A stretch of 64,000 nt of DNA. It comes from a virus (Duplodnaviria > Caudoviricetes). The position numbers and the translations under genes were made by a program. Below are positions 26,184 to 35,659 of the stretch, in pieces; the stretch's first letter is position 1; the number at the start of each line of letters is the position of its first letter. Location of the stretch: positions 23,525 to 87,524 of IMG/VR virus record IMGVR_UViG_2909979649_000007; one strand, written 5' to 3'. The notes beneath the pieces are model-generated. The model was not told the origin of the DNA, did not search any database, and saw only the letters and a list, made by a program, of their open reading frames with translations.

Positions 26184-27191
26184 TTAGTTACTTACCCCAA
26201 CAGCACTCACCGAACATCGACACCCCATCGATTTATTGCCTCTAAACATCACCCGCTCAATCGACCACTTACCTTGCATATGAGCAGGAAAACTCCCATC
26301 CAATTCGATTAATCCTTCAGCCACTAATAACGGATTAGCCGGCATTTCTAAAGAAATATTCACCCCTTTACGCCCTACTTTCCTTAATTGACGTTCACCA
26401 ATTTCTCTGGCTTTAGCTTCACTATCAAACAGGTGCCGTAGTTTTTTATAGGCAGGCTTTCCTATTTTCACTTCTCGTTCCTTAGCGGCTTTTCCATCCC
26501 ACCAGAGAGTGACCACACCATTATATTTACCTCGACTCGGTAAAGTGGCATGTGCATTAATAAAATTATGATTTGTCGGCTGGTTATTGGCAGGCAAACC
26601 CACTTTAACAGTCGATAACTTTTTACCCGATATGCTTTTCAGCTGTCCTTTTTTAGCCAGTACATACAGCTTATTGATAGGCTTAGCTACCGCATCATAC
26701 TGCCTGGCTAACCGAGTAATAAACGACATATCCGTTTCGTCGGTTTGATCGACATGACTCACTATAATTTTAGCTAATGCTGGATCGACGCGAGGTAAAA
26801 AACCGTGTTTTTTTACGATATTTTCAAATAACACACCGAGTGTATATTGCTCATAGGACTGTGACCGTCTTTTCTTAAACGCACTGTCATCTTTCACCTG
26901 AAATGGTGCTGCGGTGGCGACTATGGTTATTTCCATCGGAAATAATTTAGCGTTAATCCGAGTAATTAAAAACTCGCCTTTATCGTAGGGAACACCTTGA
27001 TAATTCAGTATTAATCCTATTCGTTCGCCTTCTTTCGGTAGTCCAGGTAGCCCTTCTGCATCGACGACTAGTTTTAATTGGTCAGACTGATGACCATCGG
27101 CATCGGTTAATTCCCAGGAAATGAGCCGTTGATTAATAATCTTGGCATGCGCCCCCGTCATGGTAGGATATACGCGATAATCTAATCCCAT
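26184..27191 (-). CDS. Phage late control/tail protein D (GpD)
   Basis: LISWELTDADGHQSDQL..HVDQTDETDMSFITRLARQYDAVAKP. Confidence 0.9.
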   Translation of the reverse strand: MGLDYRVYPTMTGAHAKIINQRLISWELTDADGHQSDQLKLVVDAEGLPGLPKEGERIGLILNYQGVPYDKGEFLITRINAKLFPMEITIVATAAPFQVKDDSAFKKRRSQSYEQYTLGVLFENIVKKHGFLPRVDPALAKIIVSHVDQTDETDMSFITRLARQYDAVAKPINKLYVLAKKGQLKSISGKKLSTVKVGLPANNQPTNHNFINAHATLPSRGKYNGVVTLWWDGKAAKEREVKIGKPAYKKLRHLFDSEAKAREIGERQLRKVGRKGVNISLEMPANPLLVAEGLIELDGSFPAHMQGKWSIERVMFRGNKSMGCRCSVSAVGVSN

Positions 27192-27394
27192 AATTGTATA
27201 ACTTGCTTTGGTTTTATCGGTTGTGGGGTGGGTACAGTGAGGGGAATACCGGCAGGTAAGATATAAGTTAGTTGTGTTATTTCTGGATTAAGCTGATAAA
27301 AAGCCTTCTCTAATTCGTCATTATCTTGCCCTAAATGCCGATACAATACATCAGCTACTGTATCACCGGCCAGGGTCGAGACGCGCATTGGCAT
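27182..27394 (-). CDS. Tail protein X (GpX)
   Basis: GDTVADVLYRHLG..NP....ILPAG..L.VP..QLWD. Confidence 0.9.
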   Translation of the reverse strand: MPMRVSTLAGDTVADVLYRHLGQDNDELEKAFYQLNPEITQLTYILPAGIPLTVPTPQPIKPKQVIQLWD

Positions 27395-27764
27395 ACTCCT
27401 CTAATGACAGGGTAAATTCAATTACTTGGGGTTCCCCGGTAGGTAATATCCGTTTATGGGTTTCGGTCACTTCCAATATTTTCCACTGCCCTAAATTGGT
27501 ACCCCGGCCATCCACTAAAAAATAAGGCTGACCGGCCAGCTGCATCTGTCGTAAACGCAATAAATTATCTTCGCCAGTCACACCAAAGACCTTACCATTT
27601 ACACTAATGGTATCTAAATTCGGGGCACTGAAGTGGCTTAATGGTTTACCATTCACCACTTCGGTATTCACCCACTTAACAGAAGATTTATATTGTAATT
27701 GCTCATACGCCGAGCGATGGGTAATACTGAATACAAAATCCCCTAATGCCATTTGTTGTCGCAT
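27363..27764 (-). CDS. Tail protein U (GpU)
   Basis: MALGDFVFS..YEQLQ..P..L..G.G..G.W.I..IEFTLSLEEY. Confidence 0.9.
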   Translation of the reverse strand: MRQQMALGDFVFSITHRSAYEQLQYKSSVKWVNTEVVNGKPLSHFSAPNLDTISVNGKVFGVTGEDNLLRLRQMQLAGQPYFLVDGRGTNLGQWKILEVTETHKRILPTGEPQVIEFTLSLEEYANARLDPGR

Positions 27765-30349
27765 TAATCGTTATTCCTATCTGAAAGCGAACCATCCAGC
27801 CGCTCAGCTAATTGACCACTGGCCATCAGCGGTAAGACTTGGGATTGCATTTGGTTCATGACGTTGTTAGCGATGGCTTGGGTATTATTGGGATCAATGC
27901 CAGGTGGCATCATAAAACTTAGGTTAAAGGTAGGCGACACTTGTTGGTGATTATTATTGGTCACGATCTGTTGTGCGACTTTTTCCGGGGAAGGTAATTT
28001 ATCGGTAATGGGTTGATTAACAATATCAGCCACCTTGGGTTTAAGCTCGACTGTTTCTTTTTCATCGTCAAACCAGCTGCCAACCCCTTCGCCAATCCAT
28101 TTACCTAAACTACTCCCAGCAATACCCCCCACTACGCTACCAATGGCCCCACCAATTACCGTACCCACGACCGGTACGACGCTTCCTACTGCCGCCCCCA
28201 TGGCACCACCTGCCATCGCCCCACTTAAACTGCCGGCTATATCGCCTATCTGTCCGCCGGCTTCTGTCGCATCACCCGCCATGGCCGCATCGGCTAAGGC
28301 AGTCGCCGCCAGTCCAACGCCTAATGGCCTGACTACACGACCTGCACCTTGTAATAAACGTCTGCCCAGTCCTGGGGGCGAAGCGGCTGCCGCAGCAGGG
28401 TTGGGTAAAACGGGTAATGTACGGCCTCTGCCGGATAGTCTCCCACGTCGGCTTCGCCCTCTGTTTCTTCTACCACGCCTTCTTCGTCTACCACCACCGT
28501 CCATCTGGCAACAACAGCAAGCACAGTTAGCGCCTAATTGTCGTCTATTGTTATTGCCTCGACCCGTACCCGCTAAGGTATTATTCAACTGTCGTAGTGA
28601 CGTATTCGCTTGTTGGGTTTGGGTGGCCGTGGTCGCTGTCGTACCGCCTAACCTGGCACGGGCTCGGCGTAAATAATTAATCCCTTGGCCAATACCGAGG
28701 GCCATTAATTTAATGGCTAATCCAGCCCCAATTAACGCCACACCACCAGCGCCAATTAAGCCGATGGTTTTAGCTACGGTTGGATATTCCTCGGCGGCAT
28801 CCGCTAATGAGTTAATAAATTCGGTGAGAGGATCAACAATGTCATTTAATACCGGCAATAACTGATCGCCCATTACTATAAATAAGCGGTCAAAACTGTT
28901 GCCTAATAATTCTAAGTTATTCGCAGTAGTGGCTGAACGGGCCTGATACTCCTTTTCCATGGAGCTAAGGTAACGACTTTCATCCCCGGTTAATTTGAAT
29001 GCATTTTTTAAATTATCCAGGTTTTTAATTAAGGGCATCACTGCCCCTTTCGATTCTTCTCCAAATAAGGCAGAGACTAAGGCGCTGATTTCTTCCTCGG
29101 GCATATCCTGAAAGGCTTCAAAGACCCGAATAATGGTGTTAGGCGCATCCTGTAGCATTTCACCGGCTAATAATTCCGGGTCAAAGCCTAATTGCCCCCA
29201 CACTTGTTTTTGGCGTTTGGAGGCCATTTTCCCTTTGGACATGGCCCCGGTGATATTTTTTAAGGCCGTAGCAGCGACTTCTTCAGCTGCACCACCGGAT
29301 AATAAGGCAGCCGAAAAACTCGCGGCCTGGACTTCTGAAAAGCCAGAGGACATCGCCACTGATCCCTGGCGTTTCATTACCCCAGCAATATCCTTGGCTT
29401 CTGCTGATAGGTTATTTGATAAATAATTAGTAGCATCCGCCAGCTTAATTGCCCGGTCTTGATTTAATCCCATTGCCGAACGCCAGGCGGCCATGGTTTT
29501 ACCGGCTTCTTCTGCCTCAATATCAAAGGCCACACCCATTTTGGCCGCCGAGGTCGCAAAGTTTAATAACTCACCTTTGGCGATATTACTTTGGCCACCG
29601 GCGGCAATAATTTCTGATAAGCCGTCTGCGGCCATCGGGATTTTAGTGGACAGCTTCAGTATGTCACTGGCCATTTGCTTGTCTTCGCCTTTGGACCCGT
29701 CAAAGTCCACGACTTTTTTTACATCGGCAAAAGACGATTCATAATCAATGGCTTTTCTGACAGGCTGGGCCATTAAATACCCGGCGGCGGCCACTTCCAT
29801 CATGGCCCCATAGACTTTGCCCCGTTCCGCCTGGTTGGCATCAATTCGGGCTTGGGCTTGATTGACCGCCTGCATCCGTTGCTGCTGAGACTCTAAGGCA
29901 TTATTGGCTTGGTTCACCGCACCCGCCATGCGGATTTGCTCAACCACTAAGCGGTTAGTATCCACACCGGCATCAGACAACTCCCGTTGTAGATGGTCTA
30001 ACCGGTTAGTTTGAGTTTGATACTGCACATTTAACTGCGAAACGGCCCGATTAACCCGTTCAAAGGTCCGCGTCAATTGTCGGCTGGGGTTTTGGGTTTC
30101 CTCCATCTGTTGGGCTAATTGCCGTTGCTCATTTCTGGCTTCCGTGAGCGAACGACTGGTGTCTTCCATTTGCCGCTGCAATCGATCATAACTGCTCATA
30201 TCCCGTTGCACGGCATTAAGCCTACGAACCTCAGAACGTTGCTCACGTAATTGTGACGTTAACTGTTCTGTAGTGCGCTGATACGACTGTAGTGGTGCCG
30301 AAAAGCGGTCTATCGCCGCAATGGCAATACTATATTGAGCGTTTGGCAT
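27764..30349 (-). CDS. Tail tape measure protein (TP901 core)
   Basis: AIDYESSFADVKKVVDF..AAKMGVAFD..ADATNYL..TTANNL; Gly/Ala-rich C-terminus. Confidence 0.93.
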   Translation of the reverse strand: MPNAQYSIAIAAIDRFSAPLQSYQRTTEQLTSQLREQRSEVRRLNAVQRDMSSYDRLQRQMEDTSRSLTEARNEQRQLAQQMEETQNPSRQLTRTFERVNRAVSQLNVQYQTQTNRLDHLQRELSDAGVDTNRLVVEQIRMAGAVNQANNALESQQQRMQAVNQAQARIDANQAERGKVYGAMMEVAAAGYLMAQPVRKAIDYESSFADVKKVVDFDGSKGEDKQMASDILKLSTKIPMAADGLSEIIAAGGQSNIAKGELLNFATSAAKMGVAFDIEAEEAGKTMAAWRSAMGLNQDRAIKLADATNYLSNNLSAEAKDIAGVMKRQGSVAMSSGFSEVQAASFSAALLSGGAAEEVAATALKNITGAMSKGKMASKRQKQVWGQLGFDPELLAGEMLQDAPNTIIRVFEAFQDMPEEEISALVSALFGEESKGAVMPLIKNLDNLKNAFKLTGDESRYLSSMEKEYQARSATTANNLELLGNSFDRLFIVMGDQLLPVLNDIVDPLTEFINSLADAAEEYPTVAKTIGLIGAGGVALIGAGLAIKLMALGIGQGINYLRRARARLGGTTATTATQTQQANTSLRQLNNTLAGTGRGNNNRRQLGANCACCCCQMDGGGRRRRRGRRNRGRSRRGRLSGRGRTLPVLPNPAAAAASPPGLGRRLLQGAGRVVRPLGVGLAATALADAAMAGDATEAGGQIGDIAGSLSGAMAGGAMGAAVGSVVPVVGTVIGGAIGSVVGGIAGSSLGKWIGEGVGSWFDDEKETVELKPKVADIVNQPITDKLPSPEKVAQQIVTNNNHQQVSPTFNLSFMMPPGIDPNNTQAIANNVMNQMQSQVLPLMASGQLAERLDGSLSDRNND

Positions 30350-30500
30350 AACGTTGTAGAGTCAGTTGATAACGACGCAGGGCTTTATCGACCGGCCAGG
30401 ATAAAATTTCCTGTTCGGTGACGTGGTAAACCAGGGGGATGGTATCGGTTAGGGTGTTAATGTCTCGACGGGAAAGCAGTCCGCCGTTTCGGTCAAAAAA
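30330..30500 (-). CDS. GpE' extension of the tail assembly chaperone (-1 frameshift product)
   Basis: TTTTTTG at 30494-30500; the -1 frame stays open as DRNGGLLSRRDINTLTDTIPLVYHVTEQEILSWPVDKALRRYQ..RSI. Confidence 0.8.
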   Translation of the reverse strand, partial: FFDRNGGLLSRRDINTLTDTIPLVYHVTEQEILSWPVDKALRRYQLTLQRYAKRSI

Positions 30501-31027
30501 TCCGTAATCCTCGTTTGAATATGCAACCAGTCAGGCATGGCTAGCCGATTAATTTCGGTTTCACTTAACCCGGTACAAGCACGGGTAATAAATAAGCCTC
30601 TTAATTCCGTGGTTTTTTGTGCTTGCATTAATTCGCTGGTTTCAACAGTGGGGATTTTTAAATCAATGTTATTAATCAGCTGATCATCATCGCCTTTAAT
30701 CGGTACCAACAACGCTGGATGGTCTTTATCAAAATCCTCGCCCAGTTTTTCAAAAAAATAATCCGCGCCTTTACTGACTAGATCAATGAGTTTGTCTTTA
30801 ATACTGTTCCAGTCGGGCGTATTTAACCGTTTAATTTCACTGATCGATAATCCACAGGATAATTGGGCTAACCGATATAAAGCTTCATTGTCTTCTGGCT
30901 TGTCTTTTAAAGCGTTAACGTGATCCTTTCGGTTAACCGGTTTTAGGGTGACTTGGGTTAAAGGCTGGTCTTTATCATCCGTAATTGCCCAGCGTAATTG
31001 ATAGACTTCGGGTGTCCATTGGGTCAT
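30449..31027 (-). CDS. Tail assembly chaperone (GpE) with two tandem domains
   Basis: Repeats CGLS.SEI.RL..PDW and TGLS..EI.RL..PDW. Confidence 0.85.
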   Translation of the reverse strand: MTQWTPEVYQLRWAITDDKDQPLTQVTLKPVNRKDHVNALKDKPEDNEALYRLAQLSCGLSISEIKRLNTPDWNSIKDKLIDLVSKGADYFFEKLGEDFDKDHPALLVPIKGDDDQLINNIDLKIPTVETSELMQAQKTTELRGLFITRACTGLSETEINRLAMPDWLHIQTRITDFLTETADCFPVETLTP

Positions 31028-31101
31028 AATAATTTACCTTTTAAATAAATAATTAAATTATGGATTTCACTTAAATTACAATGAAGTTAAATAGCTAAAT
31101 A

Positions 31102-31437
31102 TTGATCAAAAAGCATATCATTACTAAACTAAATTTATACCAACTTCTCAGTGAGAGATTTATGAGTATGTCTTGTTTAGGTGATTGTGGAAAGCTTCCC
31201 ACCTTGATTCATTCTAAAACCCATAATTCCTATCTTATTAATTGCTCTGTGTGTGGAAAATATGCTGTTTCAGAGTCTTTATGGGCAGAACAGTGTATGT
31301 CGCCTGTGCATTACTTTCAGAATGAATTTAAACAGCTCATTAACGGTACTTATAAAAACAAAGTGATTAGTTTAAATGATCTAATGACAAAAGAATTTAT
31401 GGATATTAAATTATTGAATACCAAAAATTATCTTTAA
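31102..31437 (+). CDS. Opposite-strand moron, small Cys/Zn-type protein
   Basis: CLGDC..CSVCG; AT-rich insert between the tube and chaperone genes. Confidence 0.55.
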   Translation: MIKKHIITKLNLYQLLSERFMSMSCLGDCGKLPTLIHSKTHNSYLINCSVCGKYAVSESLWAEQCMSPVHYFQNEFKQLINGTYKNKVISLNDLMTKEFMDIKLLNTKNYL

Positions 31438-31439
31438 AT

Positions 31440-31946
31440 TCAAGGTAAACCTAATCCCCGCCGATCCTCCGCAAAAATATCCCCCTGACCTAAATCGATT
31501 TTCTGGGTACGGGTATTAATATCACAGAGGGTTTTGCCATTTTCGGTTTTCTTAAAGGCGATACAGCTGCCACTGATGGTCACTTCGGGTTTACTGCCCA
31601 TCTTAATGGCTTCTTCTTTAATCCCAGTGAGTTGGCCGGATAAACTGTAGTGGATAATAAACTTACCGCCGTCTTTATCCCGTTCGGCGGCTTTAATATC
31701 TACTTGGCAGATTTCCCCGTGTTTTAGGCCGTATTGTTGTAATAGCTCTACACCCGCCCCAGCAATTTTTAATTCGAAAGTGAGTTTTTCTAACCCCACC
31801 CAGACTTCATCAGGAATAAATTTACCGCCCTGACTGTCTTCCATTTTGTGTTTCAGTTCTGGCGGGGTAAATTCTTCTACCTCAGCCATTAACGGATGCC
31901 CGTTAACATTGGCACTTAACATCGTGCGATAACGTTGTTCAGCCAT
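31440..31946 (-). CDS. Major tail tube protein (FII-like)
   Basis: VEEFTPPEL..GLEKL.F....G; follows the sheath gene. Confidence 0.9.
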   Translation of the reverse strand: MAEQRYRTMLSANVNGHPLMAEVEEFTPPELKHKMEDSQGGKFIPDEVWVGLEKLTFELKIAGAGVELLQQYGLKHGEICQVDIKAAERDKDGGKFIIHYSLSGQLTGIKEEAIKMGSKPEVTISGSCIAFKKTENGKTLCDINTRTQKIDLGQGDIFAEDRRGLGLP

Positions 31947-33112
31947 TAGCTTAAGACCTCCTCTAAGAATTCTTCGATAATATTGTCACTGGCATTCACA
32001 TGGTAAATCATGTGCTCGTTCGGACTGTAACGACCGTACTCAACCACAATATACCAACTGCCGTTTTTATAGCGGCTCACGGTATTTAACTCAGGGTGCA
32101 AGTACACCTTCCCACCGGGGATAATTTCAGCGGCCACTAAATCCTGCATAAATAAATCGACTTTGGTAATTTCCTGCTCCATGAATGACATGGTGAGGTT
32201 TTTACTCATGGCCCGCTGGCTGGCCGCTTCTAATTTACGAGCAATGGCGTCTTTTAGTCCGATATGAGAAATAAAATCCCCGGTGACCGTACGATTACCG
32301 ATTAAACGCCAGCCGTCACTGGTGCGGGCAAAATAGGAAATACCATGTTTATTGAGCAAGTTACCATCAGTGGATTTATCAATGATGTTGTAGTCAATGT
32401 GATACGACACATCCTGAATATAAATTCCTTGGTTACCCGGGCTTTCCCAGGGTTTTACCGCCGCTACCGCCCCCATCGCTAAGGTACTGGTGGGAACATA
32501 AATATTACCCTTGGCTTTTTTGCTGTAAATCGCTGGCATCGGTTCCACAATATACACCCGATCATGACCCGTGCCTTCACCACCAAACTGCTTGGAATAC
32601 TCCATGGCTTGCTTAATGTTTTGTGCAGGGCCATCAGCAATGACCCGACAACGTAATTTATTCGCCATGGATGCTAAAGCATCAACCACCGACTTTTGAT
32701 GACTAAACCCAGGAGCCGCAATTAGGGTTGGACGTTCGGGGCATAACGCCAACGCCGAAATTCCCGTTAACTGTCGGGTATCCGTATCAACCCCACCGAT
32801 AATATTTTTGGTGGTTTCTGCTTCGTCGGCCCCTTCTTCCACCACAATAAAATACTGGGGAACCCGGGTGCGTTGTAGGGTTTGAATCGCGGCATGCCAA
32901 CCGGTGCCACGCTCATCCCCCTTACTATCCAATAAAGCGGCTGTCGTGGAGTTAGAGACGCGATACGGGCGGTTTAACGGCACCGATTCATGTTTGTCTG
33001 GTGCCGTCACCACCCAAGCCACCACGTTTTCACCTGGTGGGCCTAATGGCGGTGGCGGCTCATTAGTAATAACGGTAATCCCATTATGTTCAAAATTAGT
33101 GATTTGTGGCAT
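31946..33112 (-). CDS. Tail sheath protein (FI-like)
   Basis: F.HNGITV..LIAAPGFS..A.KLR...IADGP..LN..GI..GNRT. Confidence 0.92.
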   Translation of the reverse strand: MPQITNFEHNGITVITNEPPPPLGPPGENVVAWVVTAPDKHESVPLNRPYRVSNSTTAALLDSKGDERGTGWHAAIQTLQRTRVPQYFIVVEEGADEAETTKNIIGGVDTDTRQLTGISALALCPERPTLIAAPGFSHQKSVVDALASMANKLRCRVIADGPAQNIKQAMEYSKQFGGEGTGHDRVYIVEPMPAIYSKKAKGNIYVPTSTLAMGAVAAVKPWESPGNQGIYIQDVSYHIDYNIIDKSTDGNLLNKHGISYFARTSDGWRLIGNRTVTGDFISHIGLKDAIARKLEAASQRAMSKNLTMSFMEQEITKVDLFMQDLVAAEIIPGGKVYLHPELNTVSRYKNGSWYIVVEYGRYSPNEHMIYHVNASDNIIEEFLEEVLS

Positions 33113-33281
33113 TCACTTTCTCCTTTTTCGTCGTTGGTTTAGGCGGTAGATAGTGTTTAATGTGGCCAGTTCTTAATAATTGCTGAGCTTCGCAATCCGT
33201 TAATTCGAGTATTTCATTGGGTACAGTCCACCCTTGTCGCCAAGCAAAGGCTTGGCAAACGCAGTATTTTTTAATAGTCAT
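33096..33281 (-). CDS. Small tail-region hypothetical protein
   Basis: Co-oriented and overlapping the sheath start. Confidence 0.6.
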   Translation of the reverse strand: MTIKKYCVCQAFAWRQGWTVPNEILELTDCEAQQLLRTGHIKHYLPPKPTTKKEKVNATNH

Positions 33282-33300
33282 GGATTATTCCTTAAATTAA

Positions 33301-35037
33301 TTAAAACACTTCAAATACGATTGAAGCACTTTCAATATCTTCATATTCCAGTGGTAACCCTTTTTGAACGTCTTCAATCGTTAAACGCTTTATTCCCATC
33401 GAAAAAAGTTCTTCATCACCATCAATCGTATCGTCTGGGCTAACTTTTTTCACATATTCGCTTTGATGGTTTTGCATATACAGCAAGTCATCAATGATAT
33501 CACCGGTTAATGTACTAATACTGACTTCACCGTTACTATTATTGCTTGTAAATAGAAATTTATCATCACTATCTAATTCAACATTCATGTTGTCACCATG
33601 ATTGTTTCCTCTCATGGTAAATAATGCAGTATGTGCTTTATCAACTGATTTAAACAAAACATTTCCCTGCTGCAGTTGATTTCTAATTGTGACTAATAAA
33701 CGAAAAGAACGATCACGATACCCCAAAGGTAACCGTAATAGGCCATTTCCTTTGGTATGATATCGATAGACACGCTTGGGCTTGATAATTGCCGTATAAA
33801 AAACACCATTGCCTACACCGCCCATTAATACATCGTCATAGGTACTATCAAATGATAAATCCCGTTCAGTTAACCCCTGTGGGTTATAAACGCTATCTTG
33901 CAAGTCCCGCAATTGAAAACCATTAACAGGCGACCAGCGTAAATGATAGGTTTTATTCACACTGATATAGTCAAATGCCCGCTGACTTTCAGGATAATCT
34001 GCGGTATTAAAATTTTTCCAGCCTCGCCAGCGGATGATTTGACCCGGCTTAACCGTAATCACACTACCGCGCAATTCAACAGCTAAACGATTATCCGGTG
34101 TGACAAGTTCTGGCATAATAGGAAGTAACGATAAATGTCCTGCTTGTAAAGCATATTGTGGGTGGGGATTGGGTGCTGCCTCATGGCTGGATAACTCATG
34201 TTTTAGTGCATCCACAAAGGCCACTTCTCGCCAAGGTTGCCAGTTATTTTCAATAAAACGTCGCTCGAATTTTCTATTTTCCTGAACAGGCTGTAAGCGT
34301 TGGTAAATTAAGTTATCGCCACCGGCTAATACTTCGAGATAAAATGCAGATTCAGAATCATTCACCCCATAGCCTAATGGCAAAGTACCCGCCGCTTCGG
34401 TGACATGGTAAAAGCCAAAGTTTTTAATAGCATCGATATCAGCTTTATTTTCCTGAATTAGTTCACCTAACCCAAAATCACCCACCACCGGGATTTGCCC
34501 TTTATTTTTCCCCAGCTGGCTTTTTGGAATATACTGCGGATGAGGATCAACCTGACTGACATGCATTTCAATCATGGCCGTCAGCATATCCCGAGTGGCA
34601 TAAACCGTGTCAGGATCAATGGTTAAGGTGATCTGCGCCGCATTAGCCGAAGCAATATAAAAATTAAAACCCACTTGTTTTTTAGCGCCTGAGTCCGGTT
34701 CATTTTTAAAGGTCGGGTCTACTCGACCAATGGCGTATAAATCTCCATCCGCATCATAAATACCGACTTCCCGAATAAACCAACCGCCGATATCGTGGGG
34801 GACTACTGCATTGACTTTAATCTGCGTCGGGTGTTTGCTATCAACAAATACCCCATTAACGGCGGCTCGAAATTGCTGGTTGATTAATGCCGTACGGGCA
34901 GCCACGGCTTTTTGATCATCGGGTAATTCCCCATCGCCGACGGCAAATTCCACTAATTTAATTTTGGTGTTATCCACCCGAGCACGAGCTTCTTTTTCTA
35001 AGCCTTTATTAGTAATTAAACAATAATTATCATTCAT
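33301..35037 (-). CDS. Tail fibre (P2 gpH-like N-terminus)
   Basis: LITNKGL..FAVGDG..GGWFIREVG..DG.L.A; two DPHPQY/NPHPQY motifs. Confidence 0.88.
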   Translation of the reverse strand: MNDNYCLITNKGLEKEARARVDNTKIKLVEFAVGDGELPDDQKAVAARTALINQQFRAAVNGVFVDSKHPTQIKVNAVVPHDIGGWFIREVGIYDADGDLYAIGRVDPTFKNEPDSGAKKQVGFNFYIASANAAQITLTIDPDTVYATRDMLTAMIEMHVSQVDPHPQYIPKSQLGKNKGQIPVVGDFGLGELIQENKADIDAIKNFGFYHVTEAAGTLPLGYGVNDSESAFYLEVLAGGDNLIYQRLQPVQENRKFERRFIENNWQPWREVAFVDALKHELSSHEAAPNPHPQYALQAGHLSLLPIMPELVTPDNRLAVELRGSVITVKPGQIIRWRGWKNFNTADYPESQRAFDYISVNKTYHLRWSPVNGFQLRDLQDSVYNPQGLTERDLSFDSTYDDVLMGGVGNGVFYTAIIKPKRVYRYHTKGNGLLRLPLGYRDRSFRLLVTIRNQLQQGNVLFKSVDKAHTALFTMRGNNHGDNMNVELDSDDKFLFTSNNSNGEVSISTLTGDIIDDLLYMQNHQSEYVKKVSPDDTIDGDEELFSMGIKRLTIEDVQKGLPLEYEDIESASIVFEVF

Positions 35038-35659
35038 TCGATGTTACCTGGAGTGTAATGATTTCAAGTTGGGCAAAGTGACTACCACTATAAAATTGAC
35101 TGGATGTGTTGAGTTGATCCGGTTGATAAGGAGCCACATCGATGACTTCCCAGCATTCCGTCGCGACGCCGGTTGTTAATTCGAAGGTTGCAGACCGGCA
35201 ATAATTAATACTGTATTGATCCCGAAGACTGACCGCTTCTTCCAGCCGGGCACTGATCCGTTGCTCGATATTTGCCGGGAGGTTTTTACCGTCTAAAAAC
35301 ACCAGTAATTCGAAGGTATACGGCGTTTGATTGGTTTCATACCAGGGTAATATCGTCGCTTCATAACCCAAGGTTTCCACTGCCATTTTAATCGCACAAG
35401 CGGTACCCGCCTTGCGCCGTATTGGCCAGATTGCTTCAATGGTATGACGCTTTTCTGCCTCGCTGGCTTCCATGGGCCAATCGGTGACGCCACGATCCTG
35501 GGCTAAATGGGGGAGCAACTTAGCTGATGTTTCCTTGGGATTTAATAAAGCTGGGTAAGGACAACAGGTATCTTGTAGTAATTCGTAAAACCCCACCTCT
35601 AAACCCCGCTCTAATAAGGATTTATTGTCGGGTAAAATGCTGTAATGGTCGGTACTCAT
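35030..35659 (-). CDS. Tail protein I
   Basis: LNP...A.LLPHLA.DRGV..W..EKR..I..R.AGT..A. Confidence 0.88.
   Translation of the reverse strand: MSTDHYSILPDNKSLLERGLEVGFYELLQDTCCPYPALLNPKETSAKLLPHLAQDRGVTDWPMEASEAEKRHTIEAIWPIRRKAGTACAIKMAVETLGYEATILPWYETNQTPYTFELLVFLDGKNLPANIEQRISARLEEAVSLRDQYSINYCRSATFELTTGVATECWEVIDVAPYQPDQLNTSSQFYSGSHFAQLEIITLQVTSNE

Noticed and set aside
28035-29744. Plus-strand ORFs within the tape measure gene (28035-28676, 29133-29426, 29493-29744)
   Set aside because: Antisense shadows of a Gly/Ala-rich real gene.
33301-35037. Diversity-generating retroelement or invertible fibre
   Set aside because: No reverse transcriptase, TR/VR pair, invertase or inverted repeats seen.
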